Notes: a model not told the origin generated them from the letters alone. A stretch of 64,000 bases of DNA from Prorocentrum cordatum (GCA_963575745.1 CAUYUJ010000116.1:1-64000); one strand, 5' to 3'. Shown: positions 47,061 through 59,504, numbered from the stretch's first letter. Numbers and translations: made by a program.

Positions 47061-49926
47061 GGTTCCCCAGGGGGGGGGGTCGGGCGGGAGGGTCACGGCA
47101 ACGGCGGCCGCGGCGCGCACCCGCCAAAAGATGCGTCTGCGCCACTGGCGCATCCAGTCGCCCGTGTGCACCACGTAGCATATGTGCGGGGGGGAGGTCC
47201 GGGCCACCACCCCCGGTAGGATCGCTAGCGTTGCCCAAGGGCCCTGACCTTCCAGGAGGGGAAAAATAGCACCAGGACCTCGACACCTAAATTCCTGTCG
47301 ACGTTTTAAGCAGTCCAGATAGGTCTATCGGTCTGGAGGGCTATTTGTAACGCTCTGGAAGGTAAGGGGGGAGGGGGGGGGGTCCGGGGCAACGGGCGTT
47401 ACGCTGGGGAGGGAACAAACCCAAAAAACACGCTCGCCAACATTATCAGTTTGAAACATATCCCTGTCCCTGTGTTTGGCATCGCCTCACCTCGATGCCG
47501 ACCTTACGGATTCCCTCAGTTTCTGAGGGCACATCCCTAAGATTGTCCTCGCTTGTGGCTCGCCCATTCTCAAGGGTAGGGAAAACTTCGAGGCTGGTTA
47601 CAACAGCCCCTCTCCCCGCTCTCGTCCTCCTCCGACCAAGTGCCGCTATCGCCGCCGCCGCCGCCGTCTCCGGGCCGCCGCCCGCCACCGAGGCTCGCCT
47701 GGTCCACGGTCTCGGCCGTCTCATCGGGGCACGTGATGTTGATCAGGTGGTTCTGGTCCTCGGGAAGAGAGGACACGATTGCAGGAGAGAGCCCAGAATC
47801 GAATCGACAAGTCGGACCGGCGATCGACAGGAATCGGATCGGCGGAAGGATCGGCAGCCGAGTCGGCAGAAATCGGCAGGCTAGTGTGCCTCCAAGACGA
47901 ACTCGGACCCCCAAATCGGAATCCCAGGTCGAATCGAGTCGGAATCGGAAGCAATCGAAATCGAATCGAAAATCGAATCGGGGGAATCGAAACGGGCCCC
48001 GTGACTGCCGACGTCGACCGCCCTCCCTCGGGGCCCACGGAGGAGGCCCCCGAAGGAGGCTCCAGCCCCGAAGCGCCCCAGGGGGCCTCCAAGGAGAGGC
48101 CCCAGAGCGGCCCCCTCCAAGGGGCTCCCAGAAGGCCCCACGACAAAGATCCTGAGATGGCTCCGGTGAGGGCATTGGCTAAGGAACCGGTGGAGAAGGA
48201 ATCCAGGCTCTGGGAGCCCGTGTGGAACTCCAACTGTGGACTGGCCACAGATGCCACAGCCCCCCTCATCAGATGAGGAATCCTCCAGGGTCTGCAGCTT
48301 CCTGGGCACATTCCTTAACCAACGTAACCACCGTATGATTTGCCACTTGTCTACCTCTGTGGTCTTGCCACGGGGGTGCACGTCGTGCCAAATTTCTGGG
48401 AGGTCCTGGTTCTCTTCTGAAGAAATCACCGTGGGAATCGGCCCAGCCCGCCCGCCACCCGAAAAGCCACCGAAAATTCCTGGGCCGTCTGTCTTCCCTC
48501 TTCAGACGGCAGTAAGATGGCCTCCAAGACGGCCAGGGTGGGCTCCAAGACGGCCAACATGCCCCCAAGAGATCCCGTGGTGGGTTCAAGATGTCTCTAA
48601 GATGGCCGAAGATGCATTCTAGATGGCCTCAGAGAGCACCGAAATGGCGCCCAAGAGGCGCCCAAGACGGCCCAAGACGACTCCAGGAGGCCCTCGAGGA
48701 AGTCCCGAAGAGGCCAAACGCATTGATCTTCCGAGGGCCCAGGACGGCCCAAGAGGCCCCCTGGATAGCCCCAAATTCGCCCACGCGACCTCTGAGATGG
48801 CCCCGGCTTTGCCATAAGGGTGCACAGCGTGCTGAATTTTGAATGGCTGTAGATCTTTGTTAGTTTTCCAAAGGAGGAGGAGGAGGAGGAGGAGGAGGAG
48901 GAGGAGGAGGAGGAGGCGGAGGGGCCGCGGCCCAACCCCCTTGCCACCCAGAAGACTGGGGCACAAACGAGAACTCGCCTCCAAGACGGTCGAGATGGCC
49001 TCGACGATGCCTCGAAGAGGGCAGAGAGAACCCCAGTAGTGCCCAAGATGACCCCAGTCTGCCTCCAAGACAACCCGAGGTGCACCCAAGACGGCCCAAG
49101 ATGGCGAACCATGGCCAAAGGCGGTCCAAGTGGCCCCCAAGAGGGTTCAGAGACGGCTGGAGAGGTCTCCGAGAGAACCTCCTGGAAGGCCCCAGGATGC
49201 CAAAGTTTGTGGTTTCCCACAAGTGTTGAGAGGATGTGTGCAGTTGCTCCCTGTCGGCTTACCGACGGCCCAAGTCGGCCCAAGAGGCCACCAGGATGAC
49301 CCCAAGAGCGCCCAGGAGGCCTCCAAGAACGCTCCAAGACGGCCCGGGAGGCCCCCGAGACGGCCCCAAGAGGGCCCAATGCGACCCAGGCGACCTCCAG
49401 GAACCCCGCAGGTGGCCTCCAGGAGGGAAAGAGTCGGCCCAGAGGAGGGGCCTCCAAGACGGCTTCCGACGGCGTCAGTCCGGTCAGGAACGCCCAAGAC
49501 GAGCGGAAACAGCACCGCGCACGCCCCCGAGAGGCCCAGGGAGGCCTCCGCAGATGGCCTCCAAGAGGCCCCCGGGAGACGCCCTGCAGGCCCTGGAGGC
49601 ACCAAGAGGTGCCTCAACAGCTCCCGAGCCCCCCCCCATCTTCCTCATCCTCTTCCTCCTCCTCCTCCTCCTCCACCTCCTCCTCCTCCTCCTCCCCCTC
49701 CTCCTCCCCCTCCTCCTCCTCCCCCTCCTCCTCCTCCTCCTCCTCCTCCGCCTCCTCCTCCTCCTCTGTTCTCCCTCTCGTTCTCTTCTTCCTCCTCCTC
49801 CAAGTGTTCCCCGACGGGTTGCTCCAACGGCCGGGGTGTAACAGAGTCCGACAGAATGGCCGAGCTCTGGCCACGACCTTCGGCCACATAGCTGCTTCCT
49901 GAAGGCAGGGGGCGGCGGTGCTTCGC

Positions 49927-49957
49927 CGTAGGCATCTTCGATACCGGCACAGGTGCC
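49927..49957 (-). CDS. Tentative 31-nt micro-exon (GTCAGIEDAY) of the secreted protein
   Basis: AG acceptor and GC donor supply the phase needed to link exon 1 to the 46692 exon. Confidence 0.4.
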
Positions 49958-50087
49958 CTTCCCTCGAGTTCACATGCCTGGGCCTCCCCGGGGGCCTCGT
50001 CGCCACAACCGGATCCACTTCAAGATCCTGGCCAGAACGCATCACTGGAGAGGTCCGTGGGGCAGCGGCCTAAATACGCGATTGCTC

Positions 50088-51188
50088 CCTCGAGTCCGTT
50101 GGATTGTCGCAGCCGTGGCCGTACATCCGCGAGACGGTCTTAACTCCAAATTTGCCACCCGAGCTGGCTGAGTACCTCCTGGAGTTCCTGCCTGGAACCA
50201 GAGTCGGAATCGTTTCTGTGACGTAGGACAACGGAACTGGCGTATCGTTTACGACCGTGTCAAACTCATACAACTCCATATCGAAATCGATGTCACCGTC
50301 GACTGTGTAGACTGCGCTTACCCCGTCGAGGTACAATACCTCGTTCTCCCCATCCTTGTAATGGTCGATGTCACAAAACGTGATCTTTGGCAGGATCGGC
50401 TTCTCGGGGCAGAAAGTGTGGTTTCTCACGAACTCCCCTCTGAGAGTGGCGAATTCCCCAATAAGGAGATTCACAGTCGCCTGGGCCCCGCTTATCGTGT
50501 TCCATTGGGTGTTCCTGGGGACATACGCGCTCGTGTTGACAAAGACGATGTCGACGTTCACACCATTAGAAAGCTTGCCGACTCCATAGTATCTCAGCTC
50601 TTTGGGCTTATGGAATTCTGGACCAAGTCCAGCAAGATTTGAATGGGATGCCCTCCCGAAGCCATCCTCATTCGAATCCGCAAAGTGGATCCAATCCTCA
50701 CACCCTTCAGGATTATCAAGTGTCTCGCTCTCTTTGCACTCTTCTGGACAGACGCAGCACATTGTTCTGGAGGTGAAATCGTCATCGTCATAATAAGGGT
50801 CCATGCAAATACCTGTATAGGGCTCATCAGGATCGTGCGAATATACTTCGCACGAGTGACCAAACCTGTTCGTGGCCCCATTGGCTGTATCTACACAGGT
50901 CGGCGTCGTGACTGGTTCTGACTGCGTGGCGACACGACGGCTGCGTCGCAAATCGGCGTAACGCTCCGCCCGCGTCATCGTTCGATTACTTCGCGAACGA
51001 AGGGCATGATGCTGCAGGCCACCTTGATCTTCGTGCGATACGTCCACTGAGGCCTGCAACAAAAACGAATCCAAGCATCCGACATGTTCACACGTATGTA
51101 ATTGATGGTGTGTGCCCCTGGCCATGGCGCCAGCGTCACACAAGAAGTATAGGGTGAGTAGGGTGAGTGAGACCAAAGACATTGTCAT
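50088..51188 (-). CDS. Secreted modular protein, first exon: signal peptide, Cys-rich module, core domain
   Basis: 372-aa non-repetitive ORF; hydrophobic N-terminus MTMSLVSLTLLTLYFLCDAGA; CVDTANGATNRFGHSC...YDDDDFTSRTMCCVC; HSNLAGLGP...DID...GCDNPTD. Confidence 0.88.
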
Positions 51189-51613
51189 CTGGCCTGGGCG
51201 TTCAGTATCTGGTCAAGCTGGCTCGACCATCAAGGTGCATGAGTGCCCGCAAGGATGTTGGGCAGAGGGACGGCTATGAAAAAGGAAGGCGAGGAGACTG
51301 CGCAGAGCTGCGAAGAGAAGGAAAAGGGGGGGGGATGAGGACGAGGCGGCGGAGGAAGACGACGACGAGGACAGCAATGACGACATCGGCCACGAGGCAG
51401 GAGGAGCAGCAGCAACAACAGGAGCAGAACAGTCGGAGTCCGAGCAGGAGGAGACGAGAAGTCATTCCGAGCAGGTTGGGGCATTCAGGGGGGCATTTGT
51501 CTCGTGCCTCGCCTCTGCGGCATGACCGGCCAAGAACAGCAGGAGCGATCTGCGCATGCTGGCTGGAGGGCCATGAAGGGCGGAAAGAAAAGCAGGGCGA
51601 CGAGTCCCCAGAG

Positions 51614-51761
51614 TTAGGTCGAGCATGACCGCCTACAGGCGGCTTCTGGAACGAAGAATTTAACAGAAACAAGAAATGCTACAAAACGCTCGAAATCGTC
51701 CCCTGACTATTTTTTGACTATTTTTGAACATTCCCCCTCTAGAATGACAGGCCCGACTGAA
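51614..51761. mobile_element. MITE family A, copy 6 (intergenic)
   Basis: TIRs; perfect TSD CCCCAGAG. Confidence 0.85.
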
Positions 51762-51906
51762 CCCCAGAGCCGATGGCACACACTGCCGCACAAATGCATG
51801 TCAGACAGCGCAAGAGGAGCCCCCCGACCGCTTTCCTTTGGGGGGGGCCTCGCCAGCCGACGCCTCTGCCTGGTTAGACCCTGAGGGCCCGCGTCCGGCA
51901 GGGCTG

Positions 51907-51975
51907 TCAGATGATCTCCATCCTGGCGGTGTGGTAGAACATGCTGATCCTCCGCGTGTCCCACAGCCGCCTCAC
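51907..51975 (-). CDS. JmjC/cupin-like protein, last exon (VRRLWDTRRISMFYHTARMEII*)
   Basis: CAG acceptor, phase 0, high GC3, TGA stop. Confidence 0.8.
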   Translation of the reverse strand: MRRLWDTRRISMFYHTARMEII

Positions 51976-51976
51976 C

Positions 51977-52138
51977 TGATAGGCCTGTTTTCCACCACCT
52001 CCACCACCAAAAATTGGAGGGGGAGGGGGTCCTCTTCCTCCTCCTCCTCCTCCACTTCCTCCTCCTCCTCCTCCTCCTCCTCGTCCTCCTCCTCCTTGCC
52101 CCTCCAACTTATGTTGGTGGTGGAAAACAAGCCCATCA
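51977..52138. mobile_element. MITE family B acting as an introner (intron 51976-52142)
   Basis: 23-bp TIRs with 2 mismatches; 5-bp TSD TCACC (51972-51976, 52139-52143); the GT...AG intron equals the element plus one TSD. Confidence 0.9.
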
Positions 52139-52142
52139 TCAC

Positions 52143-52409
52143 CGTCCTCACCCAGACGCTGCGTGCGGCCAGCACGTCCCGGTCGCCCCGCGCGAACATG
52201 TTCGCGGCGCGGTTCCAGCCCATGCGGCCAAACTTCGGCTCGAAGAACGCGTTGATCCCGACACGGTGCACGTCGCGATTGACGACTCTGTGCTTTGCCC
52301 CGCTGGGGATGACGACGCCCTGGCCGGGCCCGAGCTCCAGGTGGAAAAAAGGCGCTCTTGGCGTCCCGAATGGCATGCTATTGGTGGCCCACTTGATCAG
52401 TCCGGCGTC
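52143..52409 (-). CDS. JmjC/cupin-like protein exon with the distal His (LELGPGQGVVIPSGAKHRV...VGINAFF)
   Basis: Matches the JmjC L-x-PG-x-x-x-x-IP-x-G-x-x-H-x-V motif; in phase with both neighbouring exons. Confidence 0.88.
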
Positions 52410-52733
52410 CTCGTGGACTCATTGTTCCAGGGGAAGGAGGGGGTCAGAGGCAGCAGGACGACTGACTCGGCGATGCCCCCGTGGAAACACTGGGCCACCT
52501 CAAATGCCGCAAACACACCACACCCCACTTTTGCATTATTCGCGATAACGCACGTGACTTGCCCTGCCCCCTCTGGTCACGTCGCGGTTCGCGTTGGCGC
52601 CGTCTGGGCGTGAGCTATTCTTAAGCATTCCCAGACGGCGCCGGCGCGAATGGCGACGTGACCCCCATCCTTCCCCCTCGGTCACTTCAGTTACCGCCGG
52701 GGGAGAAAGACGGTCTCATTGAAGTGAGGCGTC

Positions 52734-52797
52734 CTCGTGGATCTTGGGGCACAGCAGGAAAGAGCAGTTCGGCGGGAACACGAGCACGTCGACCCGC
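52734..52797 (-). CDS. JmjC/cupin-like protein exon (RVDVLVFPPNCSFLLCPKIHE)
   Basis: CAG acceptor in phase 2, matching the 58243 donor; GAG|GA donor; supplies the expected ...LxFPP segment. Confidence 0.8.
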
Positions 52798-55700
52798 CTG
52801 GTAGACTATGAAGGATAAGTTGGCAGCGAGTACAGCAGGGACCCGATCACAAAAACCTTCCACAAAAAAAAACAACCCCGAGATCCCAACAGTGTCCACT
52901 CGTTTTTGGTGCGGGAGAGTCACGCTCTCCATGGCAAAACCATCGAAGCCCAAAAAGCCCAGGGCACCCTGGAGGCAAGCAGGGTGTTTCTTGGCATGCG
53001 TGCGCGGCAAGCATGAGCACCGCGAAAACCTTGAGGAAATCCAGAAAACCTCGCGGCAAACATATTGCGCCGCGCCCTCGTCAACGCCATGCACGAGTGG
53101 AAGAATAGCGGGGCCCATCTCGAGCATAACGCATGAAAGATGAAAAACCCCGCGGCCTGCAAGACACCGCGCGCCGCCACTGGGCCAGCACAAAAATGAC
53201 GAACGGCATGAGGTCTGAATGCTTAGACTGCAAATTTGATTCCCACCCGCCCCCTTAACAAGGAAGGAGCTGGAGCAGGGAAACCCACCCCGACCCCTCA
53301 AAGATGAAGGCGCCCAATGTTCATTGGAATGCGGGTACCGCTGCTAGCCAGCGTGAACACAACAGCAAGGTAAGGCGCAGAGGTATTACAACGCATGTGA
53401 TGCAAGCTACGTGGCGCAAGCTAGATGGCGCAAGCTACGTGGTGCCATTCATTTCTGCCAACTGATGGTCCCACTGCTCGCGCGATCATGCCACCGTCGT
53501 GCCCGCAACTAGGTTTGCAAACCGCGCGCGGCGGCGATTGTGATGCGCGTTTCGTCGCGGCGCATCTCTGCGGCCGCGCTGGCGCGCGCGAGCCCGAGCG
53601 CAGAGCCGCCAGCTGGTTTGGCGCAGCCGACGCGGCCGCGATGGCACTCACCGATGGCAGCGCCTCAGCGCTTGTCAAAGGCACCGCCCGCGCGCGGGCA
53701 TTACAATGCGGCTCGGTGTTTCGGGCGGGCGCGGTATCATGATGACCCCATCAGCAGCGGCAACGAAGATGATGATGCCCATGACGCCAGCGACCATGAC
53801 AACGACGACTGCCAGGCCAATGACGTCGCAAATGCTAATCGCGCCGGCGACAAAAATGATGACGTTTACGTGTCGAACATGAGGAACATTGAGCGATGAT
53901 GGCGGCAAACGCGATGCGGCGGCGCCACTTAGGGTCGCGATGAGGAAATGCGCGCGTGCGAGAACCCGAGAATTCCGGCAAACTTGCTGGAAAACATACG
54001 CAACCTCACGCATGTTGGAAGAACTGCATTCTGAAACGCATCGAGCACCAAGGGTGTACTCCCGTGGCGGCGTGAGCGCGTGGCCCACGCGGTGGTTTGT
54101 GATGCGGACTCGCGCGCTGGACTCAGGCTGGGCCAACGCGGATGCACCGCGCGGTTAGATCAGAGTGAAGGTCACGAACGAGATGCGCGAAGGATTCCTT
54201 CGCATCTCAGCAAATGCGCGCGGGCAAAACGATTGCAAGATCTGCGGTTGAAAACCGAATGGCGTTTGAAAACACCGGTGGGATCGTTGCCGAACCGGCG
54301 TGCTTGACCTGATTTCGACGTGTGCGCGCGCGGACGCTGTGGTATTGGGCGTGCAAGGGAAACCACAAGGGCATCGCTTGCGATGAACAAACGCACCTAC
54401 TACTGTTTGACGAAAGTGGCGGGGGAGGGACGGCGATCGCTGGCGCGCCTGGCCCCGCATGGACCGTCGCGGGCAATCAACTGCCAGGAACAGGCGTGCG
54501 CAACTTGCAATGTCACAGGGGGCGTCGATACGTCCAGGGGTGTCTTCTTTTGAAGCAGCACTATGTATGCGATGAGAATTACGCGGCGCTGCGAATTCTT
54601 CCCAACCAATGACTCGTCGACCCCACCGCTCGCTCAAAAATCCCACCCTCACACCCGCAACGTCTTTCGCAAAACCTCTACGGCCGCGAATGCGGCGACT
54701 ACTCGGCTGCGGCTGGCGCAACTCTGTGGCCGCGCTGGCGCGCGCAAGCTCCAGCGCAGAGAGGCCAGCTGGTTTGGCGCAGCCGACGCGGCCGCGATGG
54801 CGTTTATCGATGGCGACCCCCCTTTGGCGTCAAGAGCACCGCCGGCGCGCGGGCACCTCAGCGCGGGTCGGTGAGTCGCGCGAGCGCGGCTTCATGATGT
54901 CGCCGAGAAGGGCGGTGACAGTGGTGATAGTAGCAGCGGCGGGAGCGATTTTATTGGAGAGAAGCGCTAACGAGGATAACTCGTTGATCTCGGGAGAACA
55001 AGAGATTGCGAAGCCCGTCGCAGAGAGCACGTCTCTCGCGAGACCCCGCACGGGGGCGACGCTCGATGAGCGATGCGCAGGGAGGCGAGCAAGCCAGAGA
55101 GCGGGGGGATTATCCACGCAGACAAAATTCTGCTCACTCATCTGCAGCGAAAAAGGCCTCGTGAAAATCAAGGGGCTCAGGGGCGGGAGGCCGCTGCGTG
55201 TCACGCGCCGGTCTGGTCGCGCACATCGCGGCGGCGGAGCGCGAGGGGCAAGCCTCAGCGCTGCGCGCGCTGGGGAAGGAGACGAGGGCGAGGGTCTGGG
55301 CGGCACCTGGGTCGGAGTCGACATTGGGATCACCTCGCCACGCACTGACATTAGAAGCCGGTGTCCAGCGTCGCCAGCCAAGGCCCAGCGCCGTCCTCGA
55401 GCCGGTCGGCTGGGGCCAATCCGACATGATGGGCCACCTCGCCTTCGGATTTGAAGGCCCGCGCGATCAATACCCTGCCCTCCCACTCGGGAGCTCCAGG
55501 GACGGGCTTCATCTTCTCCGTGCCGCGGCAATTCACAAGCCGTGCGAAGCTGATCTTGTCGTCGTGGACGCCCTCGTCGGGCTGGCTGGTCGCGCGCGGG
55601 CGCTCGCCGATCTCGAATTCGCGCGGCCCTCCAGGGTCGCGAGGTCCAAGCTGGGCGCCGAGGAGCCGATGTTCTTCATCCTCGGTCTGTCCTCCGCCGA

Positions 55701-57261
55701 GCCGTGGCGCAGTGAGTACAATGTTGCTTTGTAGCCCTCCAGCTCGTTGCTCGCAATGTCGATGACGGGGTGGGTCTTCTCGTCCGTGTATGCGTCCGTC
55801 ACGAGCGAGATGCTGAGCCTCGCCCTGTGCGCGGTCTGTAGCGCCAGCTTCAGCGTCGACTTCAAAAATGCAAACAAAATGTTTGTCCTTGCTGGACCAC
55901 TGCTTAACGGAATGCCCCCCCCCCTCCGCCGCGTCCGTCGCCCGCCTCAGCGCTTCCCGCGTTGAGGATCTGCGCCTTCATCCTTGCCCGTGCCGTCGCC
56001 CATGTCGTGCGCGCCACCCTCCAGTTCGGCGGCGGTGGGACCGTCGGCCGCGGCTCGGCCACTGGAAGCTGAGCGGGTCCGGATCCTTCGCCAGGTGTCA
56101 CCGAGCCTTGCGGCGAGTCCACTTGGAGGCGCCAAGGTGCTCGAGTGTTCGGGGGTGCCTTCTCGTCGCTACGGTTGCTGGCCGCTGGCTGTCGCGGGGG
56201 GGGGGGGGCTTTCTCGGGCATGAAGTACTCGCGGCAGACTAGGCGCAAATTTAAAAGATGTGGTCATTATTGGTTGGTTGGCCCAAGGTGCTGCCGGCGT
56301 CCGAGAAGCCCGTCGAGGTCGGAGCCCATGAGGCCGTAGAGGGTGAGCTGTCGCAGCGCCTCCTCCGCCCAGTGGCTTGTCAATTGATCGTCTTACCTGT
56401 TGGCGAACTTGCGCAGTGTCGCGCATTGGCCGAGGTTGCGTTGGGGCTGGAGGCTGCGGTGGCGCCGCGCAGCTCGAAGGTGCAGGTCGCGTGGTGACCT
56501 CACGCCTGAATGCAATCGGAAGCTTCCATCCGACATGACGATGACGGCGGAAAAGGCCCATCTCACGGCGCTGATGCAAGTGACGACGATGACGATGGCG
56601 ATGACGATAACGATGTCAATGTGTCGGTGGTGAAGGTTCTTGAATGATTATGGCAAAATGGCGGCGATTGCCGATGACGATGACATGATGAGCTCATAAT
56701 GGTGAAGGCGAAGAAATGCGCGCGGTAATCCAAGAAGTCTGACAAACACTGGTGTTGAGGCACATGTGGTTTTCTTACAGGTTTGAAGAGCTCTGTGATG
56801 AAATGCGTCGGCAACCCATGATTTTTGAAGAATTTTGGCACGCGCGCGTGGCGGCGCGCTCGCGTGGCCCACATGGTATGATATGATACGGACTCGCCAG
56901 CTGGGCCTATTCTGAATCAGCGCAGACGCACCCCGTGGTGGAATGAGAATGCTGACCCTGAGCGAAACTGCGAAGATTAGATGGATTCTGGTCGATTTCA
57001 GCACATGCGCGCGGGTAAACACTGTGCAAGATCTTTGATGAAAGCCCAAAAGAGTGCTTCAAGTTACTAGGCCGCCACATGTGCACGCGTGGACATCGCA
57101 CCGTGTTTTGTTGCGAAAGATTCTGGTATATCAGATCTGCTGCGATAAGCGAACGCGCGCGCACAGCATAATTTGAAAGGGATTAAAGGAGGAGGGGGGG
57201 CGATGCCTGACCTGCCTGGTATAGTATGAGCTCATCTAGGAAATGAGCGATACGGCATGAT

Positions 57262-57415
57262 TTGGGTCGGGCCTGTCTCCCCACAAGGAGATTCTGGACA
57301 CAAATTACAAAAGGCCATCAACGACCCCAAGTATGTTCAAAAGTGGTCAAAATATCGTCCACCGACTATGTTTATTTTTGCACATTCCTCCTGTAGAGGG
57401 ACAGGCCCGACTTAA
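57262..57415. mobile_element. MITE family A, copy 7
   Basis: TIRs; TSD GGCATGAT/GCCATGAT. Confidence 0.85.
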
Positions 57416-57989
57416 GCCATGATCAGGAAAAGAAAGCGGCTTCACGCGAGATGACACAGCAACCTTGCGCAACGGCCCACGCGGGCCCCCAGCGCGGCAC
57501 GCCACATTGGAAACGAAGGCGCATTGCGCGCGACCTTACGCAGGCAGCGAGCGCGCCAATGTCGGCGCAAAGGACCCCTTCTTGTTGCGTCGCTCGTATG
57601 GAACATGAGCGATGAGGCATAACCACATGTGATTCGCACTGACCTAGAAGGGGTCGGCAAGTCCGGGAGGGAGAGATTGGTAGACTCGATGCTTCTCCTG
57701 ACAGGAGGAATCGACGTGATGCAAGCGCAATGTGATGACGCGACAACGGGGCGACAACAAACAGCGCTCCCATAGGCAGCAACGGCCCGACAACGGCGGG
57801 AACAGACCGGAACGTGGCGAACCCCCGGGACACCCCCGCAGGCCACAACGGATGGCAACGGGGGCGACAACAAGACCGAACGTGGCGAGTCCCCGGGACA
57901 CACATCCGATTCCAAAAACACACACACATGAGAAAGATGAGAAACCGTACATTACAACAAGGAGAGCGGTACAAACAGAAACTTTCGAC

Positions 57990-58112
57990 GGTCCGCGCGG
58001 ATTTCTTGGATCTTCGCTGGACCCCGCTCCTTGGCGCGCGGAGCGCGCCAGGGGCGGCGCCGGAGGCGCCGCTGGGGGTGCCCAGCGCGGATCCAAGAAA
58101 TCCGCGCGGAGC
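57990..58112. mobile_element. MITE family D (TCCGCGCGGATTTCTTGGATC TIR); related copies at about 32448-32652, 9135-9208 and 10900-10990
   Basis: Inverted ends TCCGCGCGGATTTCTTGGATC / GATCCAAGAAATCCGCGCGGA. Confidence 0.7.
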
Positions 58113-58242
58113 CCAAACAGTTTGTTTATGGCTTTTTGTTCTGCTTCGATGAAGCCAGGCACTGCTAGGGGCAACATACATGCCTTCAACGACCGATGGC
58201 TATTGTCTGTGCAGTGTCTCTTTTGTGGTCCCGCCGGCGCGC

Positions 58243-58291
58243 CCTCGCAGCTGGATCAGCATGTTGTCGTAGGGGTCCACGTGCCACTGCC
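58243..58291 (-). CDS. JmjC/cupin-like protein exon with HxD iron ligands (QWHVDPYDNMLIQLRG)
   Basis: Matches the H-x-D-x-x-x-N-x-x-x-Q-x-x-G motif; GC donor. The acceptor could be at 58291 or 58286. Confidence 0.85.
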
Positions 58292-58819
58292 CTTCCGCCG
58301 CCGTGGACGTCCAGCGACCCCGAGGGCCAGGATGCCCAGACCACCTCCTCCTCCTCCTCCTCCTCCTCCTCCTCCTCCTCCTCCTCCTCCTCCTCCTCCT
58401 CCTCCTCCCGACCAAGCACGAAATGAGCAACTACAACTGAACACCTACGTTGGCTCTTGTGTGTATCTCTATGTATGTTCCTACACGCGGCAGGCGCATA
58501 CGACGGGACACACTGCGGCAGGAAGTCTGGGGACACACCGCTCGCCACTCTCGAGCTCCGTGGGGCGCCAGTCGAGCACAACCACGGCCAAAACGTACTC
58601 ACGGCAGAGGTCGGTGGGGCCCTCCCGACTACCTCCTCCTCCTCCTCCTCCTCCTCCTCCTCCTCCTCCTCCCCCTCCTCCTCCTCCTCCTCCCCCTCCT
58701 CCCCCTCCTCCTCCTCCTCCTGCTCCACTCGGTTGTGGCTGTGGCTCTCTGTTGCGCCTGGGCCGGCGGGAGCCAGAGCCCCGACGCCACGATCTTTGTC
58801 ATGGCGTCGACGCCCAGAG

Positions 58820-58980
58820 TTCGGTCGGGCGTGTCCCCCTACAGCCGGACTTTGGGCAAAAAATAAAAAAATATCCCGAGCAAGTGCAAACAGAGTAAGA
58901 ACAAACAAAAAAAAGTCCCCTGACTTTTTGTTTCTGCTATTTCTGAACATGCCTCCTGTGGGGGGACAGGCCCGACATGG
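58820..58980. mobile_element. MITE family A, copy 8
   Basis: TIRs; TSD GCCCAGAG/CCCCAGAG. Confidence 0.85.
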
Positions 58981-59504
58981 CCCCAGAGGTCTCGACCCCT
59001 TCCCTGGGACTGTTCTTCATGCGGAGTCTTGTCTGTTGACGGCCCCGGGGCACTGCGAGGGTCTCGGGCAGGGCCGGTGCTCTTGCTCGCCGCCGAAAGC
59101 CGCCGTACCAACAACACCAGCGCTACCGCTCGAAACTTCCTCCCGTTTTACCTTGGACTGGCGCGGTAGTCTTTCCCTCATCGGCGCCGCCCCAAGCAAC
59201 AACAACGCTCCCGCTCAACCCTCCTCCCTTTTTCACTCAAAGCGGTGCTCCTCCTCGCCGCCGAAAACCGAGGCCGAACATAAAGAAACATCTCCCGCCG
59301 CGATCTGCCCAGGACCCGAGGAGGTCCTGGGGCGGGGAATGGCCGGCCTACAGATTGCAGCCGCCTCCCCGCCCGCCTAGACTAAAGGGGCCCTGGGACA
59401 CACAATTACCCTGTGACGTACCCAACCCATTTGTATCAATGGAAACGAGGAGTTGGCCGAAACTTGTATGGACAATCAACTTGATGTGTAAGCTACTTGG
59501 GAGG

